Below are positions 24,292 through 37,331 of a stretch of DNA of 64,000 nucleotides, in pieces. The translations under genes were made by a program, and so were the position numbers. Positions within the stretch are counted from its first letter, which is position 1; the number at the start of each line of letters is the position of its first letter. Under the pieces are notes generated by a model. The model worked only from the letters and a program-made list of their open reading frames with translations. It ran no database searches and was not told where the DNA came from. The stretch covers positions 344,284 to 408,283 of the forward strand of contig NIVC01000921.1 of the NCBI GenBank assembly GCA_002269645.1, given 5' to 3'. The stretch is from Macrostomum lignano (lineage: Eukaryota).

Positions 24292-25093
24292 CATTAAGAA
24301 TCAATTTGCTAATTATTGTTTTTGTTTAGATCTTTTGTTTAGCTAGGCAGTGTTTTTACCAAAAAGTTGATACAAATTTGCATTAAAGTGCACTTTATGG
24401 ATAAGAATTCTAAAGTCAAGAATGCAGTTTTTTTCCCTAGAAAGATATATTAGAAACAGTTGGTTTTAGTTCTTGGAAAAAGGCACTAAATAGAAATATA
24501 TTAAAAAACCAAAATGCTACCTTTTTAGCTCAAATTTCCCAAATCGATTGTCATCATATTATTGTAGGTAGCAAGTAGCAAAAACACTAGACTAATTATA
24601 AACATAAAGTACTCTGAAATGAAATGTCTCAAGTAGACAAAGTGACCTGGACAGAAAGTGTTCAAATTGCAATAACATTTTACATCTTGGTTTCTAAATC
24701 AGCTGGCATCAGTAAAAAAGTCACAATCTACCCTTTATTTTGCTAAGCCTCTGACTCCATGCTTACCGGTATAGTACAGGTAGGATGGGATCAAGATCCT
24801 ATCTGATCCCAAGAATGCTGATTTCATCCAGCCAACATTTTTGCTTATAAGCTAGATAGAGATCCTAATTCCACTCTTGAAATCCCAAAAGTTATACAAG
24901 CATTGATACTTGAAATGAAATATGAATTACCAGAATATATGGCACTTATATATCATGTTGATGTGCTATGACAGACACCTAGAGGGAATTATATTCTCAC
25001 ATAATCCTGTGCATGCTGGCCGCAGTGCAGGCTAGAGCAGCTTTAATAAAGTACACAGCCTGCACCCTTGCTTTCACTCTATAACCAGTGAGT

Positions 25094-28000
25094 ATGGCTA
25101 TGCGCACCAACCTGCGACAGCAGTTGCTTAAAGAACAGGCTCAGCAGCAGCCTCAACAACAGCAGCCGCAGCAGCAGCAGCAACCGCAGTTTGCCCGACC
25201 AGCATGGCCAGTCTCTGCGCAATCGGCAGCTCCTGTCAGTCTGGCTGGCGGCGCATCTTTCAGCCGTTTGGAAAACCCAACGCCCTATCACCTGGCCCAG
25301 CAGCAGCAGCAGCAGCAGCAGCTCAATCAGAGCACACCTAGCAGTGCCGCCGCCGCCTCCAGTCCGGTCGAGTCGCCTGAAAACTCGGCCGACTCAGCCG
25401 ATTTACAATTGCCCAACGACGTGGACATGGACTTGGATATTAGCGAACTGTTGGGCGATGATAGCGACTTTGCTCATCTGTCTTCTACTGCACCCGTATG
25501 TACTCCTCGCTTGCTGTTTGTTCACCTTTGCATCGCTTCATTGATTTCATTCTGTTGTCTGCACTAGTGTGGTAGGGGAATGGTTCATGTGTCGCGGCAG
25601 TAAAGCTCAAGGATGATTTAGTATCACGGAAATTAACGTCAGCGATTATTGGGATCGCTGAAGTGAATCTTTGTGATGTCTGGGAAATATTGGGATCACG
25701 GGAAGTGTATATTGATTGGGATCACGGGAAGTGTATATTGATTGGGATCACGGGAAGTGTATATTGATTGGGATCACGGGAAGTGTATATTGATTGGGAT
25801 CACGGGAAGTGAATACCTGGGATAGATTGGGATCACGGGAAGTGAATACCTGGGATAGATTGGGATCACAGGAAGTGAATACCTGGGATAGATTGGGATC
25901 ACGGGAAGTGAATACCCGAGGTTGATGGGGGCCAGGGAATTTAATATCTGTGGGGGTTTCGGAAAGCGAAGTTAGTGTCATTTGAGATCATGAACCCAGA
26001 GTCTCGGACTCAGAGAGTTTTTTTTGGAATCGCGAATACGGAAGTGAACAATTGAATCAAGCTGCTTCATCTCCCCCCCCCCCAGAATCCGGCTCACTTT
26101 CCGATCAGCTCCGGCCAGACATTCAGCGGTTTTACCGGCCTCCGCGACGGCGACGGCGGCGACCCTCCATCGGTCATGGAAGCCAAGCCGTCGACATCCG
26201 CGCCAGCGAGCACGCATCTGTTTCTGACCGGTGGGTCCCGGCTCTCCGCTCACCAGCTCCAGCAGCAGCAGCAGCAGCAGCAACAATCTTCGTTGGCGCC
26301 GGCCTCCCTGGGCTCGTCCGATTCCCGTGCCGCTTCGGTTGCCTCCTCGCTGGCCACCGCCGGCGGGCCGCCACGCGACCGGTCTAAGAAGGACTCGCAC
26401 AACCGGATCGAGCGGAAGCGTCGAGAGAATATTAATCATCAGATTGCCGAGCTCGGCGAAATTCTGCCGAGGGGCTACTTTCAGGATAGGTGAGTTCATT
26501 TGATTGCATTCAGTTTTTTTGTCTAATGAGTAAGCTTTCGGCTTGTTGACGCAACTTGACAAAAGTTGCTACTTTGATTCTGTTCCCCGCGATTAGCTAA
26601 TTTACATGTATATAATCAACAACAGTCATGTACAAATACTATTTTCTAGTCAAGTTCAAGGATCTATGAGCCAAATTATCTATGGCCTGATCCGTTTATG
26701 ACCTAGGCTGTCCTTAACCCGATCTGTCAATGACCCAGGCTGTCTATGATCCAAGCTGGCTGCCTATGATCCAAGCTGGCTGTCTATGATCCAGGCTGTC
26801 TATGACCCGATCTGTCTATGATTCAGGCTGTCTATGACCCGATCTGTCTATGACCCGATCTCTCTATGACCCGATCTCTCTATGATTCAGGCTGTCTATG
26901 ACCCGATCTGTCTATGATCCAGGCTGTCTATGACCCTATCTGTCTATGATCCATGCTGTCTATGACCCGATCTGTCTATGATTCAGGCTGTCTATGACCC
27001 GATCTGTCTATGACCCGATCTCTCTATGATTCAGGCTGTCTATGACCCGATCTGTCTATGATCCAGGCTGTCTATGACCCTATCTGTCTATGATCCATGC
27101 TGTCTATGACCCGATCTGTCTATGATTCAGGCTGTCTATGACCCGATCTGTCTATGATCCAGGCTGTCTATGACCCTATCTGTCTATGATCCATGCTGTC
27201 TATGACTCGATCTCTCTATGATTCAGGCTGTCTATGACCCTATCTGTCTATGATTCAGGCTGTCTATGACCCGATCTCTCTATGATTCAGGCTGTCTATG
27301 ACCCGATCTGTCTATGATCCATGCTGTCTATGACCCGATCTGTCTATGATTCAGGCTGTCTATGACCCGATCTGTCTATGATCCAGGCTGTCTATGACCC
27401 TATCTGTCTATGATCCATGCTGTCTATGACTCGATCTCTCTATGATTCAGGCTGTCTATGACCCGATCTGTCTATGATTCAGGCTGTCTATGACCCGATC
27501 TCTCTATGATTCAGGCTGTCTATGACCCGATCTGTCTATGATCCAGGCTGTCTATGACCCTATCTGTCTATGATCCATGCTGTCTATGACCCGATCTGTC
27601 TATGATTCAGGCTGTCTATGAAGCGGATCTGTCAATGATTCAGGCTGTCTATGAGTCGATCTGTCAAATGACCCAGGCTGTCTATGACCCGATCTATCAA
27701 ATGACCCAGGCTGTCTATGACCCGATCTGTCAAATGACCCAGGCTGTCTATGACCCGATCTATCAAATGACCCAGGCTGTCTATGACCCGATCTGTCAAA
27801 TGACCCAGACTGTCTATGACCTGATCTGTCAAATGACCCAGGCTGTCTATGACCCGATCTATCAAATGACCCAGACTGTCTATGAGTTAAAGTAGTGTCT
27901 ATGGCCTCAACTTTCTATGGCCAAGTGTCTATGACCCGAACTAATAATAATTTGCCATCAAACAGTCCACCTCCAACACCAACCGACCCTTGAACCCTCC

Positions 28001-29688
28001 AGCGACTTGAAGAAGAACAAAGGAAACATCCTGAAGGCTTCGGTTGACTATATCCGGGAACTACAGGCTGAACAGATGAAACTGTCGGATCGGGTGGCCC
28101 AGTCGGAGACGCGGGCGGAGAAACTGGACCAGCTGTCTCGGGCTCTGGCCATGCAGATTCAGGTCAGCTCACACTTATTGTGAAAGTCAGGCGTGTACTT
28201 TTACATTTGTCTTTGACCGCGATTGTTTAAATATGTATTATATTTGTTATATATTCTTAAGATATATTTGTTTTAACGTGACACCTCACTGATGTATCCA
28301 TATTATCAGTGACACATGCAGCATACAACACAGTGCCACATGCAGCATACAGCCATATTGTCAGTGACACATGCAGCATACAGCCATATTGTCAGTGACA
28401 CATGCAGCATACAGCCATATTGTCAGTGACACATGCAGCCATATTGTCAGTGACACATGCAGCATACAGTCATATTATCAGTGACACATGCAGCATACAG
28501 CCATATTGTCAGTGACACATGCAGCCATATTGTCAGTGACACATGCAGCATACAGCTATATTGTCAGTGACACATGCAGCATACAGTCATATTATCAGTG
28601 ACACATGCAGCATACAGCCATATTGTCAGTGACACATGCAGCCATATTGTCAGTGACACATGCAGCATACAGCTATATTGTCAGTGACACATGCAGCATA
28701 CAGCCATATTGTCAGTGACACATGCAGCATACAGCTATATTGTCAGTGACACATGCAGCATACAGCCATATTGTCAGTGACACATGCAGCATACAGCCAT
28801 ATTGTCAGTGACACATGCAGCCATATTGTCAGTGACACATGCAGCATACAGTCATATTATCAGTGACACATGCAGCATACAGCCATATTGTCAGTGACAC
28901 ATGCAGCCATATTGTCAGTGACACATGCAGCATACAGCTATATTGTCAGTGACACATGCAGCATACAGTCATATTATCAGTGACACATGCAGCATACAGC
29001 CATATTGTCAGTGACACATGCAGCCATATTGTCAGTGACACATGCAGCATACAGCTATATTGTCAGTGACACATGCAGCATACAGCCATATTGTCAGTGA
29101 CACATGCAGCATACAGCTATATTGTCAGTGACACATGCAGCATACAGCCATATTGTCAGTGACACATGCAGCATACAGCCATATTGTCAGTGACACATGC
29201 AGCCATATTGTCAGTGACACATGCAGCATACAGTCATATTATCAGTGACACATGCAGCATACAGCCATATTGTCAGTGACACATGCAGCCATATTGTCAG
29301 TGACACATGCAGCATTCAGTGCTCCAGCAAGCTAACTGGCTAAGCTAATCTTGCCGCCCCTCCCCCACCCCATGTGCAGAACATGCAGCAGACCCTATCA
29401 ACCCACGGAGTTCAGTACCAACAAGCCAACAGTCTAGACGAAGGCGTTGTTCACGGCCTCCTCAACTTCCTAGTGAGCTCGTCGCCGTCCTCGTCGACTC
29501 GCGTGAAAGCCGAGCCCACAACTGGCCTGCAGCAGCAGCAGCAACAGCCAGTGTCTGCAGAACTTGCTTCTAGCTCTGTTAGCACCGCCGCCGCTGTTGT
29601 CGACGCCACCGACTGTTTGGCGCTTGTCGACTCTGACCCGATGCTGGGCTTCTCCGATGCCAACAGTCCGCTGTTCTCCGACCAATAG
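25094..29688 (+). CDS. MITF: MiT/TFE family (MITF/TFE3/TFEB-like) bHLH-ZIP transcription factor; exons 25094-25495, 26086-26489, 28003-28162, 29380-29688
   Basis: N-terminal MRTNLRQQLLKEQAQ and LENPTPYHL motifs; bHLH KKDSHNRIERKRRENINHQIAELGEILP + NKGNILKASVDYIRELQ; zipper. Splice phases 0/2/0 are consistent. The symbol denotes the family, not a proven paralogue. Confidence 0.85.
25685..25920. repeat. 26/33-bp minisatellite (TTGGGATCACGGGAAGTG core), MiT intron 1
   Basis: About 8 tandem copies. Confidence 0.9.
26690..27900. repeat. 16-bp-subunit satellite (TGTCTATGACCCGATC / TGTCTATGATYCAGGC dimers), MiT intron 2
   Basis: ~1.2 kb of alternating 16-mers with higher-order structure. Confidence 0.9.
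28305..29315. repeat. 31/24-bp satellite (CAGTGACACATGCAGCATACAGCCATATTGT), MiT intron 3
   Basis: Roughly 35 units, long and short variants interleaved. Confidence 0.9.
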
Positions 29689-31764
29689 GAGGATTTTGAT
29701 GTCCGCAAAGTGTCTCTTCAGACTGCTCGAAAATTACTCAGATTTGAGTCTCGCGTGCAAAAGAAGTGAAGGAAACCGCAATTTGTTTCTCTACCGCTCG
29801 GGCATTGTCTGTGCTCAGGTAGGTTTGTAAATATATAGTTTAAAATTGATTTCGTCTCCTAATTCTAAATCACCAAAATTATACTTTGCCAATGCTCTCG
29901 TTCAGCTGCCTACTTATAGTAGCAGCAGTCTTAGAATTTGTACAGACAGTATTTTATCGCATATCGGTATGTATTTATTGTGGCTTGAGCTTGGCAAATC
30001 TATTAGATCTGTTGTGCACTTGTTTGGAAACAAAACCAACTGCTTTCTCTCGCAGAGATTAATCTCATTAAGCCCCATTTCGAATGTATAAAATGCGATG
30101 CACCACTATATGTTTTTACCTGCAGTTGGCGCTGCTCATTGCTGCTCATTTGTTATTCTTATCCAGTAATCCACAGTTTTTTGTGTGTGTTGTCTTCTTC
30201 TTTCTTGAAGAAATCTTATTTGCAAAATTTGTCAATTTTTCTGTGTGTACAGTTGGTCAGAATTTGTAATTTCATTTTTAATAAAGCTTGCCTGACTCAC
30301 TACATGATTTTGTACATTCTGTAAATATTGCGACTCGCTCACATGACAGCCAACTTCTTTATCCAGCTCCAATATCAATCTGAGTTGAGATTTCTCTATC
30401 ATTTATCCGTCACCTTTGCAATGCAGGTTTGTGCCTTTTTGGTCCTGTTTTTACTTGACTTAACAATTACAGTTGCGGCATTCTGCTAACACTATTGGAG
30501 GGGGGCAGAGCAGCCAGCGGTCTGGCTCTCGAGCCAATTACAATAGATTCACAGCCATGAAGGCCAGTTCCCAAGCTCAGGAGTCAGCGGACTGGGCGAT
30601 GTGGGACGATTTCGCTTGCAACTGTGATAATTAGTTGCACATTTTTGAAGAGTTGCAGGCACTCTTGGGAAAAATGCCAAAAGCAAGTGCGGTCACTGCC
30701 TACTAATGTCAGTAGTTTGTTTGCACATATTCTGCGCCAATCGTATGGAGTTGCTGCTTTATTCAATTAGATGTGTTCAGCTGTTCTGTGCAGTTATTTG
30801 TTACAATGGATTTTGCTGTTCGATTCTTTGTCCTTCAATGTGCCGCCATTTGTGTAGCTTTCGCGTTTTAACTCTAAATTTTCTTAGTATTCGATGTGCT
30901 CTGTTGCTTTTTTATGTAATGCTTCCTAGCTGTTTATTTCTTGTAAAGTTATTCACGTATATTTGAATAATAAATTTGTTTAACTGTTTAACCGCCATAA
31001 GCTTAACAATTATATACAGAGAGATTATAACTGGCTATTTTGACCTTTGTGTGTCATCCAGTTTCAGTGTTAACATTGGCTTGTTCGTCTCTATGTATTT
31101 CTTATTTATTTCTATTATAGCTCGGGTCGCCAGTCCAGTGCGTTAGTGCATTCAAATCTAGCGCTGTAAGTTGAGCAGAGATGGCTGTGGTTAGGCAGCA
31201 GCCCAGTGATTCCAGCTGTTGAGCTGCTGTAGAAATAGTTGCTTTGGGCGGGATCCTCTATTTAATTTAACGACTGCCTTTTGCTTTAGCAAAACCCAGA
31301 CATCTCCACGAGATTTCTCCTAGTTTCTTTTTTCTCGCCAAATTATCAGCAAAAAATCAAATATTCCTTTAAGATTTTTTATTTTTAGTATAGTGGATAA
31401 TATACTCGTATCTGTCCTTGATCACCAGCCTGAAGAGCCTTCGAGTGGGGACCCAGATTTGCTGACCCCTCAGCACGCACAGACACATCATGTACCCCGT
31501 CTGTGCCTTGGGTTGTTAACCGCGCGACAAGCCCCAACACCAAATTAGGGTGGCCTGAGGCTGTGACGCAAGGGTGGGACTCGTGTTAACTGCATAGCTA
31601 CTGAGGCATTCAGGTTGCCGGTTCTCATTAGAGGACTACGAGCGAACGTGCCATTGGCAAAGGCTGGGAATGATGAAATGTGTCTATTTATCATGCATTT
31701 GTGAGAGCGAGATTATTTGTGTAAGCGATTGGTGTAAACTAACTACTCGTAGCAAACAGCGCCT

Positions 31765-32300
31765 CCCGTCAGTCTTGACATCTCAGCAATTCCCCCGTCA
31801 GCCTTGACATCTCAGCAATTCCCCCGTCAGCCTTGACATCTCAGCAATTCCCCTCCGTCAGCCTTGACATCTCAGCAATTCCCCTCCGTCAGCCTTGACA
31901 TCTCAGCCATTCCCCCCGTCAGCCTTGACATCTCAGCAATTCCCCCGTCAGCCTTGACATCTCAGCAATTCCCCCCGTCAGCCTTGACATCTCAGCAATT
32001 CCCCCCCGTCAGCCTTGACATCTCAGCAATTCCCCCGTCAGCCTTGACATCTCAGCAATTCCCCCGTCAGCCTTGACATCTCAGAAATTCCCCTCCGTCA
32101 GCCTTGACATCTCAGCAATTCCCCTCCGTCAGCCTTGACATCTCAGCCATTCCCCCCGTCAGCCTTGACATCTCAGCAATTCCCCCGTCAGCCTTGACAT
32201 CTCAGCAATTCCCCCGTCAGCCTTGACATCTCAGCAATTCCCCCCCGTCAGCCTTGACATCTCAGCAATTCCCCCCATCAGCCTTGACATCTCAGCAATT
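31765..32300. repeat. 28-31-bp minisatellite (CCGTCAGCCTTGACATCTCAGCAATTCC)
   Basis: About 18 tandem copies with a variable C run. Confidence 0.9.
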
Positions 32301-33239
32301 TTATGTTTGACATAACAATTCTTTTATGTTTTCTTCTTTTCTGACTTTTCTTTACATGAAGAACTTTTAATAAAAAGAATATCTACACTCTCGAAATTCG
32401 AACCCTATTAAGATTAGTTACGTAAGCTATTACCGTAAACTATTACACTATAGGCTGTGTGTAAACTATTAGTGTAAACAAGCTAGTAGTGTAGTGTGGT
32501 AGTGGGAATCAGTTCTCTATATAATCAATATTTAGCTTTTAATAGACATTTTCAGACAGTTTACTCGGTGCAAAATGTCAGTAGGTTTACGAGCTAATAT
32601 TGTGGATTGCTGGTTAGTTAACCAATCTATTTAATTAATGACTTATCTAATGTTTTAATGCGACATTCGACTGAAGTATACATATTGAGCAGCTACAATA
32701 GTGAATGAGACAGCATTGGAATGTCGATTGCTTACACGCGGTATTCTCATTGACTGCAGTGCATTGGCCTCTAGGTACACTTGAGCAAGGCAAAATTAAT
32801 TGTCAAGGCTGTACATTTGACTGCCTCGGAATTTACAGTCAACTGCAATTGCGTCAGCTAAAGGACTTTATTCTGCACTTTTAATCTCCCTCTCTCGTTT
32901 CTCGCCGAAGAGAAGCGAAGCATTTCGTTCTTCTACCGGGGGGGAGGGGATTTGGCCGCACAATGCAATGGAATCTCATATCTGCTTGGGGGTGGGGAGG
33001 CGGCAAAACAGGCCAACAGAAGCTTCGGGAGCTTTGTGTCTGTTTTGCCTCAGCCGTCAGCTCAGTTAATTGCTTCTTTTACAGTTTGCGCTGGCCCGGG
33101 GGGGGGGATTGCGGCCCTACTCTCTCGTTCACTTCCGCAATTGCGCACTTGCAGATATTATTAATGGCTGGGCAAGTGGCTCTGCTTACTAAATACGCTA
33201 TTTCCCTATAGTTAAGACACAGACAGATACAGTAGCAGC

Positions 33240-35982
33240 ATGGAGACTGTCGAACAAGAAGCCGCTTCACCGTCGGTGCAGCCGGACGACTGCCTGTCCT
33301 GCTGCGTTGACACCTGCATTGACAGCCTGCTGGAGGTGAAGCGGGCGGCGGCGGCGGCTTCGGGACCTGTCATTGACGAGGCAATGACGCGGGATGCTGG
33401 AAGGCAGCGGCTGGCTCGGATTGAAGCCAATTTAGCCTGGCTGATGGAGCAGAAGGTGCGTGCTGCCAGATTCTCAGAGTTTATTTCTCTAGTACACGCT
33501 GTCCTGCATTTATTTAGAGAACGCAGTAAAAATGCAAAAGTAGGCATTCTGTGTTGTAGCTTGCTCCAGACCAAAGAAAAGGCATATATGCTCCCAAAAG
33601 CATTCTCCATCAGAGAAAGTTGCAGTAAACAATACATGTAGACAGACAAAAGCTTAAGGGCAAAGAAGCCGCTCAGTAAATAAAATTTTAAAGTCTTACT
33701 TCTGTCAATATCGTCAAAGGTCGTATTTTATGTACATTTGGCTTCCGTAATTTCAGAAAGACATTTGAAGGTCGACTACTACAAGTAGTGCAGAGAGGAA
33801 GCGCCGGAATCGGAACCGAGCCAACTCTCTAAGGATTAATGGGATTTTGTGCAAATTAATTGGCTCTAGAATGGTTACGAGTTCGAAGTATCATTTCCCT
33901 CCACTTGAGCAGTGCTCACCCGACCTCCGCTGCCACTTCCAGCGCGAGCTCAGCGCCAGTGGCGCCGACCTGCTCCGCCAGCTGCGGGCCTGCAGCCGCG
34001 TGGCCGGCCAGATTCGGGCCCTGCAGACGGCGGGTGGGGCTGCACCTCCTCCGACTGTCGAGCCACCGCGGCCTCAGCGGGAGGCGGAGAGTCGCCAACA
34101 GTTGCAGCAGCAGCAGCAGCCTTCGCCGCCGCCGCCGCCGCCAACACAGCAGCTGCGCAGTGATCAATTTCTACAGTCGAGTTCACTCCGTCATCGTCTC
34201 CTGAAGCCTCCGCAGCAGCCGATGCAGCATCGACACTGCCAGCCTCCGATGCCTCATCAACTGCTACAGCAGCAGCAACAGCAAAAACAGCAGCAACAAC
34301 AACAACCTGTAAGGTAAAGATATGCTCTGGATTCTGTTTGTCCACTGTCCCATTCATTTTTATTTTCGGCTCCATGAGTTTTGAGTCATGCCTCAACTCA
34401 TTCAATCGGCTATGGAGTCGATCGTTGGTGTTACGCTCGGACATGAATTGATTGACTAGTTAGATCTCCTCTCCTCTCCTCCTCTCCTCTCCTCTCCTCT
34501 CCTCTCCTCTCCTCTTCTCTCCTCTCCTCTCCTCCTCTCCTCTCCTCCTCTCCTCTCCTCTCCTCTCCTCTTCTCTCCTCTCCTCTCCTGCCCTCTCCTC
34601 TCCTCTCCTCTTCTCTCCTCTCCTCCCCTCTCCTCTCCTCTCCTCTCCTCTCCTCTTCTCTCCTCTCCTCTCCTGCCCTCTCCTCTCCTCTCCTCTTCTC
34701 TCCTCTCCTCCCCTCTCCTCTCCTCTTCTCTCCTCTCCTCTCCTCTCCTCTCCTCTCCTCTTCTCTCCTCTCCTCTCCTCTCCTCTCCTCTCCTCTCCTC
34801 TCCTCTCCTCTCCTCTCCTCTCCTCTCCTCTCCTCTCCTCTCCTCTCCTCTCCTCTCCTCTCCTCTCCTCTCCTCTTCTCTCCTCTCCTCTCCTGCCTCT
34901 CCTCTCCTCTCCTCTCCTCTCCTCTCCTCCCTCTCCTCTCCTCTCCTCTCCTCTCCTCTCCTCTCCTCTCCTCTCCTCTCCTCTCCTCTCCTCTCCTCTC
35001 CTCTCCTCTCCTCTCCTCTCCTCTCCTCTCCTCTCCTCTCCTCTCCTCTCCTCTCCTCTCCTCTCCTCTCTCTCTCTCTCTCCTCTCCTCTCCTCTCCTC
35101 TCCTCTCCTCTCCTCTCTCTCTCTCCTCTCCTCTCTCTCTCCTCTCCTCTCCTCTCCTCTCCTCTCCTCTCTCTCCTCTCCTCTCCTCTCCTCTCCTCTC
35201 CTCCTCCCTCTCCTCTCCTCTCCTCTCCTCTCCTCTCCTCTCTCTCTCTCCTCTCCTCTCCTCTCTCTCCTCTCCTCTCCTCCCCTCCTCTCCTCTCCCT
35301 CCTCTCCTCTCCTCTCCTCTCCTCTCCTCTCCTCTCTCTCCTCTCCCTCCTCTCCTCTCCTCCCCTCCTCTCCTCTCCCCTCCTCTCCTCTCCTCTTCTC
35401 TCCTCTCCTCTCCTCTTCTCTCCTCTTCTTTCCTCTCCTCTCCTCTCTTCTCCTCTCCTCTCCTCTCCTCTCCTCCTCCTCTCCCCTCCTCTCCTCTTCT
35501 CTCCTCTCCTCTTCTCTCCTCTCCGCTTCCCTCCTCTCCTCTCCTCTCCTCTCCCTTCCTGCTTCTTTTCTCTGGAGAGACCCAAAAATCATTAGCGTTC
35601 CTCTCCGCGCTGCCCAACCCTCCTCAGAGTCGCCGGTCCAAAGCAGCAGCAGCAGCCGCAGCCGCGCCGCCGGCGTCACACCGAATCGGCAACTGTTGTC
35701 GGCGGCGAACTCAGCGGCAGCCGCCGACTCAGCCGGTCGCCGCACCAGTTGGTGGCAGTCAGCGGCTCCGATCTGGACGTTCTGTGGCGTCGGAGTCAGC
35801 AGCAGGTCGCTGCGGCAGCCTTGCCTGATGGACAGCAGCAGCAGCATCAGCGCCCTCGGATGCAGCTGTTCCTGCGATTCGGTGGCGGACCCGACCGCCT
35901 TGGCAACCCAGCTGGCGAGGTCCGGAAGTCATTCAGCGCTATTGGCAGCGTCGGAAGAGGCGCCGTCAGAACCCTGGTGTAG
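33240..35982 (+). CDS. Uncharacterised Gln/Pro-rich protein; exons 33240-33455, 33913 (or 33943)-34313, 35628-35982
   Basis: GC-rich coding-like blocks joined by GT-AG introns with matching phases (0 then 2), open to TAG at 35982. No family confidently recognised. Confidence 0.6.
34463..35553. repeat. ~1.1-kb (CTCCT)n/(AGGAG)n pure pyrimidine/purine microsatellite in an intron
   Basis: Read directly; it explains the three ERRGE-repeat ORFs. Confidence 0.95.
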
Positions 35983-36114
35983 CTGGTTAGCGCGCTGCGT
36001 GCGACTGTTGTTTTAGTTGTTACTAGAGTACTGGCTTCCATGCCCATGGGTTCATTGATGAGAGCTGGCTGTGCTGGTGCTCTGGGTAGCTTGTAGGTCC
36101 TTAACTAGGTTGCC

Positions 36115-36532
36115 TCTCCCTCCCTCCAGGTCCTTCTGGTAAGATGCCTCACCCTCCCTCCAGGCCCCTCTGGTAGGATGCCTCACCCTCCCTCCAGGCC
36201 CCTCTGGTAGGATGCCTCACCCTCCCTCCAGGCCCCTCTGGTAGGATGCCTCACCCTCCCTCCAGGCCCCTCTGGTAAGATGCCTCACCCTCCCTCCAGG
36301 CCCCTCTGGTAAGATGCCTCACCCTCCCTCCAGGCCCCTCTGGTAAGATGCCTCACCCTCCCTCCAGGCCCCTCTGGTAAGATGCCTCACCCTCCCTCCA
36401 GGCCCCTCTGGTAAGATGCCTCACCCTCCCTCCAGGCCCTCTGGTAAGATGCCTCACCCTCCCTCCAGGCCCCTCTGGTAGGATGCCTCACCCTCCCTCC
36501 AGGCCCTTCTGGCAGAGTGCCTCACCCTCCCT
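36115..36532. repeat. 34-bp minisatellite (CCTCACCCTCCCTCCAGGCCCCTCTGGTAAGATG)
   Basis: About 12 copies. Confidence 0.9.
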
Positions 36533-37331
36533 GCACACCCGACAGGCTCTACAGGTTTTTTGTGTATAATGGTACAATAATTTCAATAACTTTATTAACC
36601 CTCTGTCGTTTTCACTTTATTAAATTTTGGTTATCCTTGTACAGAGTTTGGAATTTGAAACAATTTTATTGAAAATCTATGGTTTCAGAGCAACACACCT
36701 GTGATAATGCAAGGAATAGGGCCTTAGTTACACTGAACTGCTCAACTTCTAAAGAGGTGTGTAATAATTGTTTGAGATTTCGCGTCGCTTGTTGCTACTT
36801 AAAGTATAATACCAAGCGTCTTATGACATACAGCCGTTTAATTATCCGTGGAAACGGTTAAAAAAGTTCCTTTAACGAGGAATGTTAAGTACGAGCGTAA
36901 GGTTATTTTCTCTTTTTTATGAGCTGGCTACATTGGTCTTGGGTGGGTCACATCGGTCTTGGGTGGGTCACATCAGTCTTGGGTGGGTCACATCGGTCTT
37001 GGATGGGTCACATCGGTGATGGGCAGTTAACATGAATCTGAGGTGTCACTGAGGCAGTCACAAAGTATATCCAATGGGGAAATAATTACATATAATTACG
37101 TATACAATTCTTCGGGGGGGGGGTCAACGCTTGCAATTCGATTGGATATACTTGTGTAGCACATATGGCTTGTACCATGGCTTTCTGCGTGGGGGGAATA
37201 CCTGTGTCTGTTAATAGCCACAGACCCATTAACGAGCGGCAGAGAAAAGCAGTTGATGCAACTATAGCTGTCTATATGGCCAAAACTCTATTAACCGCCC
37301 GCAAACCGCCCACAGTTTCTTTATAGAAAAC

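Noticed and set aside
25690-29315. CRISPR-like arrays
   Set aside because: Pure tandem units with no unique spacers, eukaryotic context and no cas genes; the same applies to all other arrays in the window.
31420-31680. Possible structured ncRNA (CTGAAGAG hammerhead core; short 7SL-like words; TGATGA C-box)
   Set aside because: No downstream GAAA/stem II-III for a hammerhead, no SRP helix-8 motif, no paired D box with terminal stem.
34431-35847. Three long ERRGE-repeat ORFs
   Set aside because: Translations of the (AGGAG)n microsatellite, antisense to an intron; not genes.
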